Virus record (IMG/VR): IMGVR_UViG_3300020152_000002
Coordinates: 1-64,000 of that record
Reading direction: 5' to 3' (one strand)
Origin: a virus
DNA length: 64,000 nucleotides
Under the pieces are notes generated by a model. That model was not told the DNA's origin, searched no databases, and saw only the letters and a list, made by a program, of their open reading frames with translations. Both the position numbers and the translations under genes were made by a program. Position 1 is the first letter of the stretch. Each line of letters starts with the position of its first letter. Of the stretch, positions 63,093 to 64,000 are shown piece after piece.

Positions 63093-64000
63093 TAGACGTA
63101 TGACTCCTGTAGCAGTCGCTTCAACTCGACGAGGCCCGTGCCTGCGATCAGGTCTGCTACGTTGATCTTGTTTGAGAGAGCGTTGAGGATGTAGCTGTCG
63201 ATGCTATTCAAGCCGATGATGTCGATTAGGTCAACGGGGAGCTTGCCGATTTGGGTGCCCCGCTCGCTCGCCTGATCGCGCTGGATCAGGTCGAAGGTGT
63301 GCGACCCCCAAATGATCGTGTTGCAGAAGGACAGGTCGCCCCCGACGCCGCCGGACAGGGCATGGCCGAAGATGACCTTCTTGGTCTCGCTCCGGCCGAA
63401 GTCGTAGATCGTCTGGATATGGCTGCCCCCGGATTTGCCGTGGACTTCCGAGAACCCGATGTCGGCCGCCTCTAGCAGCTTCCGCATGACATCGAACTCG
63501 TAGTGGTATTGAAGCCATATGATGACCTTGCCCTGCGCCTTCTCGACTTCGTTCATTATCAGATTGAAGCGAGGGTTTTCTTCCGGCGGGACCAGTTCGA
63601 TCAGCCCATCCGTCTTCGTGATCAGGAAGCCGCTGCCTACCTGCTGTAGCTTCTGGAAGAACACGCCGCCGTCAAGGATTTCACCGTCAAGGACGGGGTT
63701 CTCTTGCAGCGTGTCGTAGACCTTCTGCTGCTTGTCCGTCATCTCGAACAAGCGTTCGATGTTCAGGGGCTTGTGAAGCTCCGGGACATCTTCACGACGC
63801 AGCACGGTAGTCCACTTCTCGATCCGTCGCGTCAGTTCTTCTTCGTTCTGCGGCCCGAGGAACTTCACATACGGACGGCCTGCCCGCGTCTTCGTAACTT
63901 CCCACAGACCGAAGTAGTTCTTGAACTCCTCATACGTCGTGAAGCCGAGCGCCCCCTTCTCAAGAAGCTCGAACTCGCTGTAGGCGTTCATCGGGTTGCC
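63092..64000 (-). CDS. SNF2-like helicase, C-terminal part (starts beyond the right edge)
   Basis: KLQQV.SGF, KVIIW, GGVG.DL, R.Q..ER helicase C motifs. Confidence 0.85.
   Translation of the reverse strand, partial: GNPMNAYSEFELLEKGALGFTTYEEFKNYFGLWEVTKTRAGRPYVKFLGPQNEEELTRRIEKWTTVLRREDVPELHKPLNIERLFEMTDKQQKVYDTLQENPVLDGEILDGGVFFQKLQQVGSGFLITKTDGLIELVPPEENPRFNLIMNEVEKAQGKVIIWLQYHYEFDVMRKLLEAADIGFSEVHGKSGGSHIQTIYDFGRSETKKVIFGHALSGGVGGDLSFCNTIIWGSHTFDLIQRDQASERGTQIGKLPVDLIDIIGLNSIDSYILNALSNKINVADLIAGTGLVELKRLLQESYV

Noticed and set aside
1-64000. Integrase, repressor, att site, tRNA or host genes (prophage)
   Set aside because: None recognised; lifestyle cannot be settled from a partial genome.

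Overview
A 64-kb slice of a GC-rich tailed dsDNA phage genome (siphovirus-type; YuA/phiJL001-like head-tail gene order). An alphaproteobacterial host, probably Caulobacterales, is inferred from CtrA-type TTAA-N7-TTAA boxes and promoter style. Layout: (i) 1-21.9 kb, a leftward arm of about 45 mostly small accessory genes (UvrD-like helicase, NADAR, HNH, zinc-finger and membrane proteins) punctuated by sigma70-like promoters and terminators; (ii) 22.0-22.95 kb, an AT-rich control region packed with TTAA repeats; (iii) 23.1-26.2 kb, a compositionally distinct rightward cassette (candidate pre-early/terminal region); (iv) 26.7-61.1 kb, morphogenesis and lysis genes (terminases, portal, endolysin, scaffold, capsid, decoration, a giant polyglycine fibre protein, neck, tail tube, frameshifted chaperone, tape measure, tail tip, spanins); (v) 61.3-64 kb, the end of a leftward replication arm (DUF4326, nuclease, dNMP kinase, SNF2-like helicase). 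The most unusual signals are: shared acidic short peptide tags (D/E-x-[FW]DIL*, DPFAxL, DEWGxxI) on about 9 unrelated proteins including TerS; a ~210-nt structured RNA candidate with its own promoter and terminator; a dense CtrA-box array; a putative head-filament module; and one domain shared by the capsid decoration protein and the tail tube. All family calls come from motif recognition by eye, not database searches.
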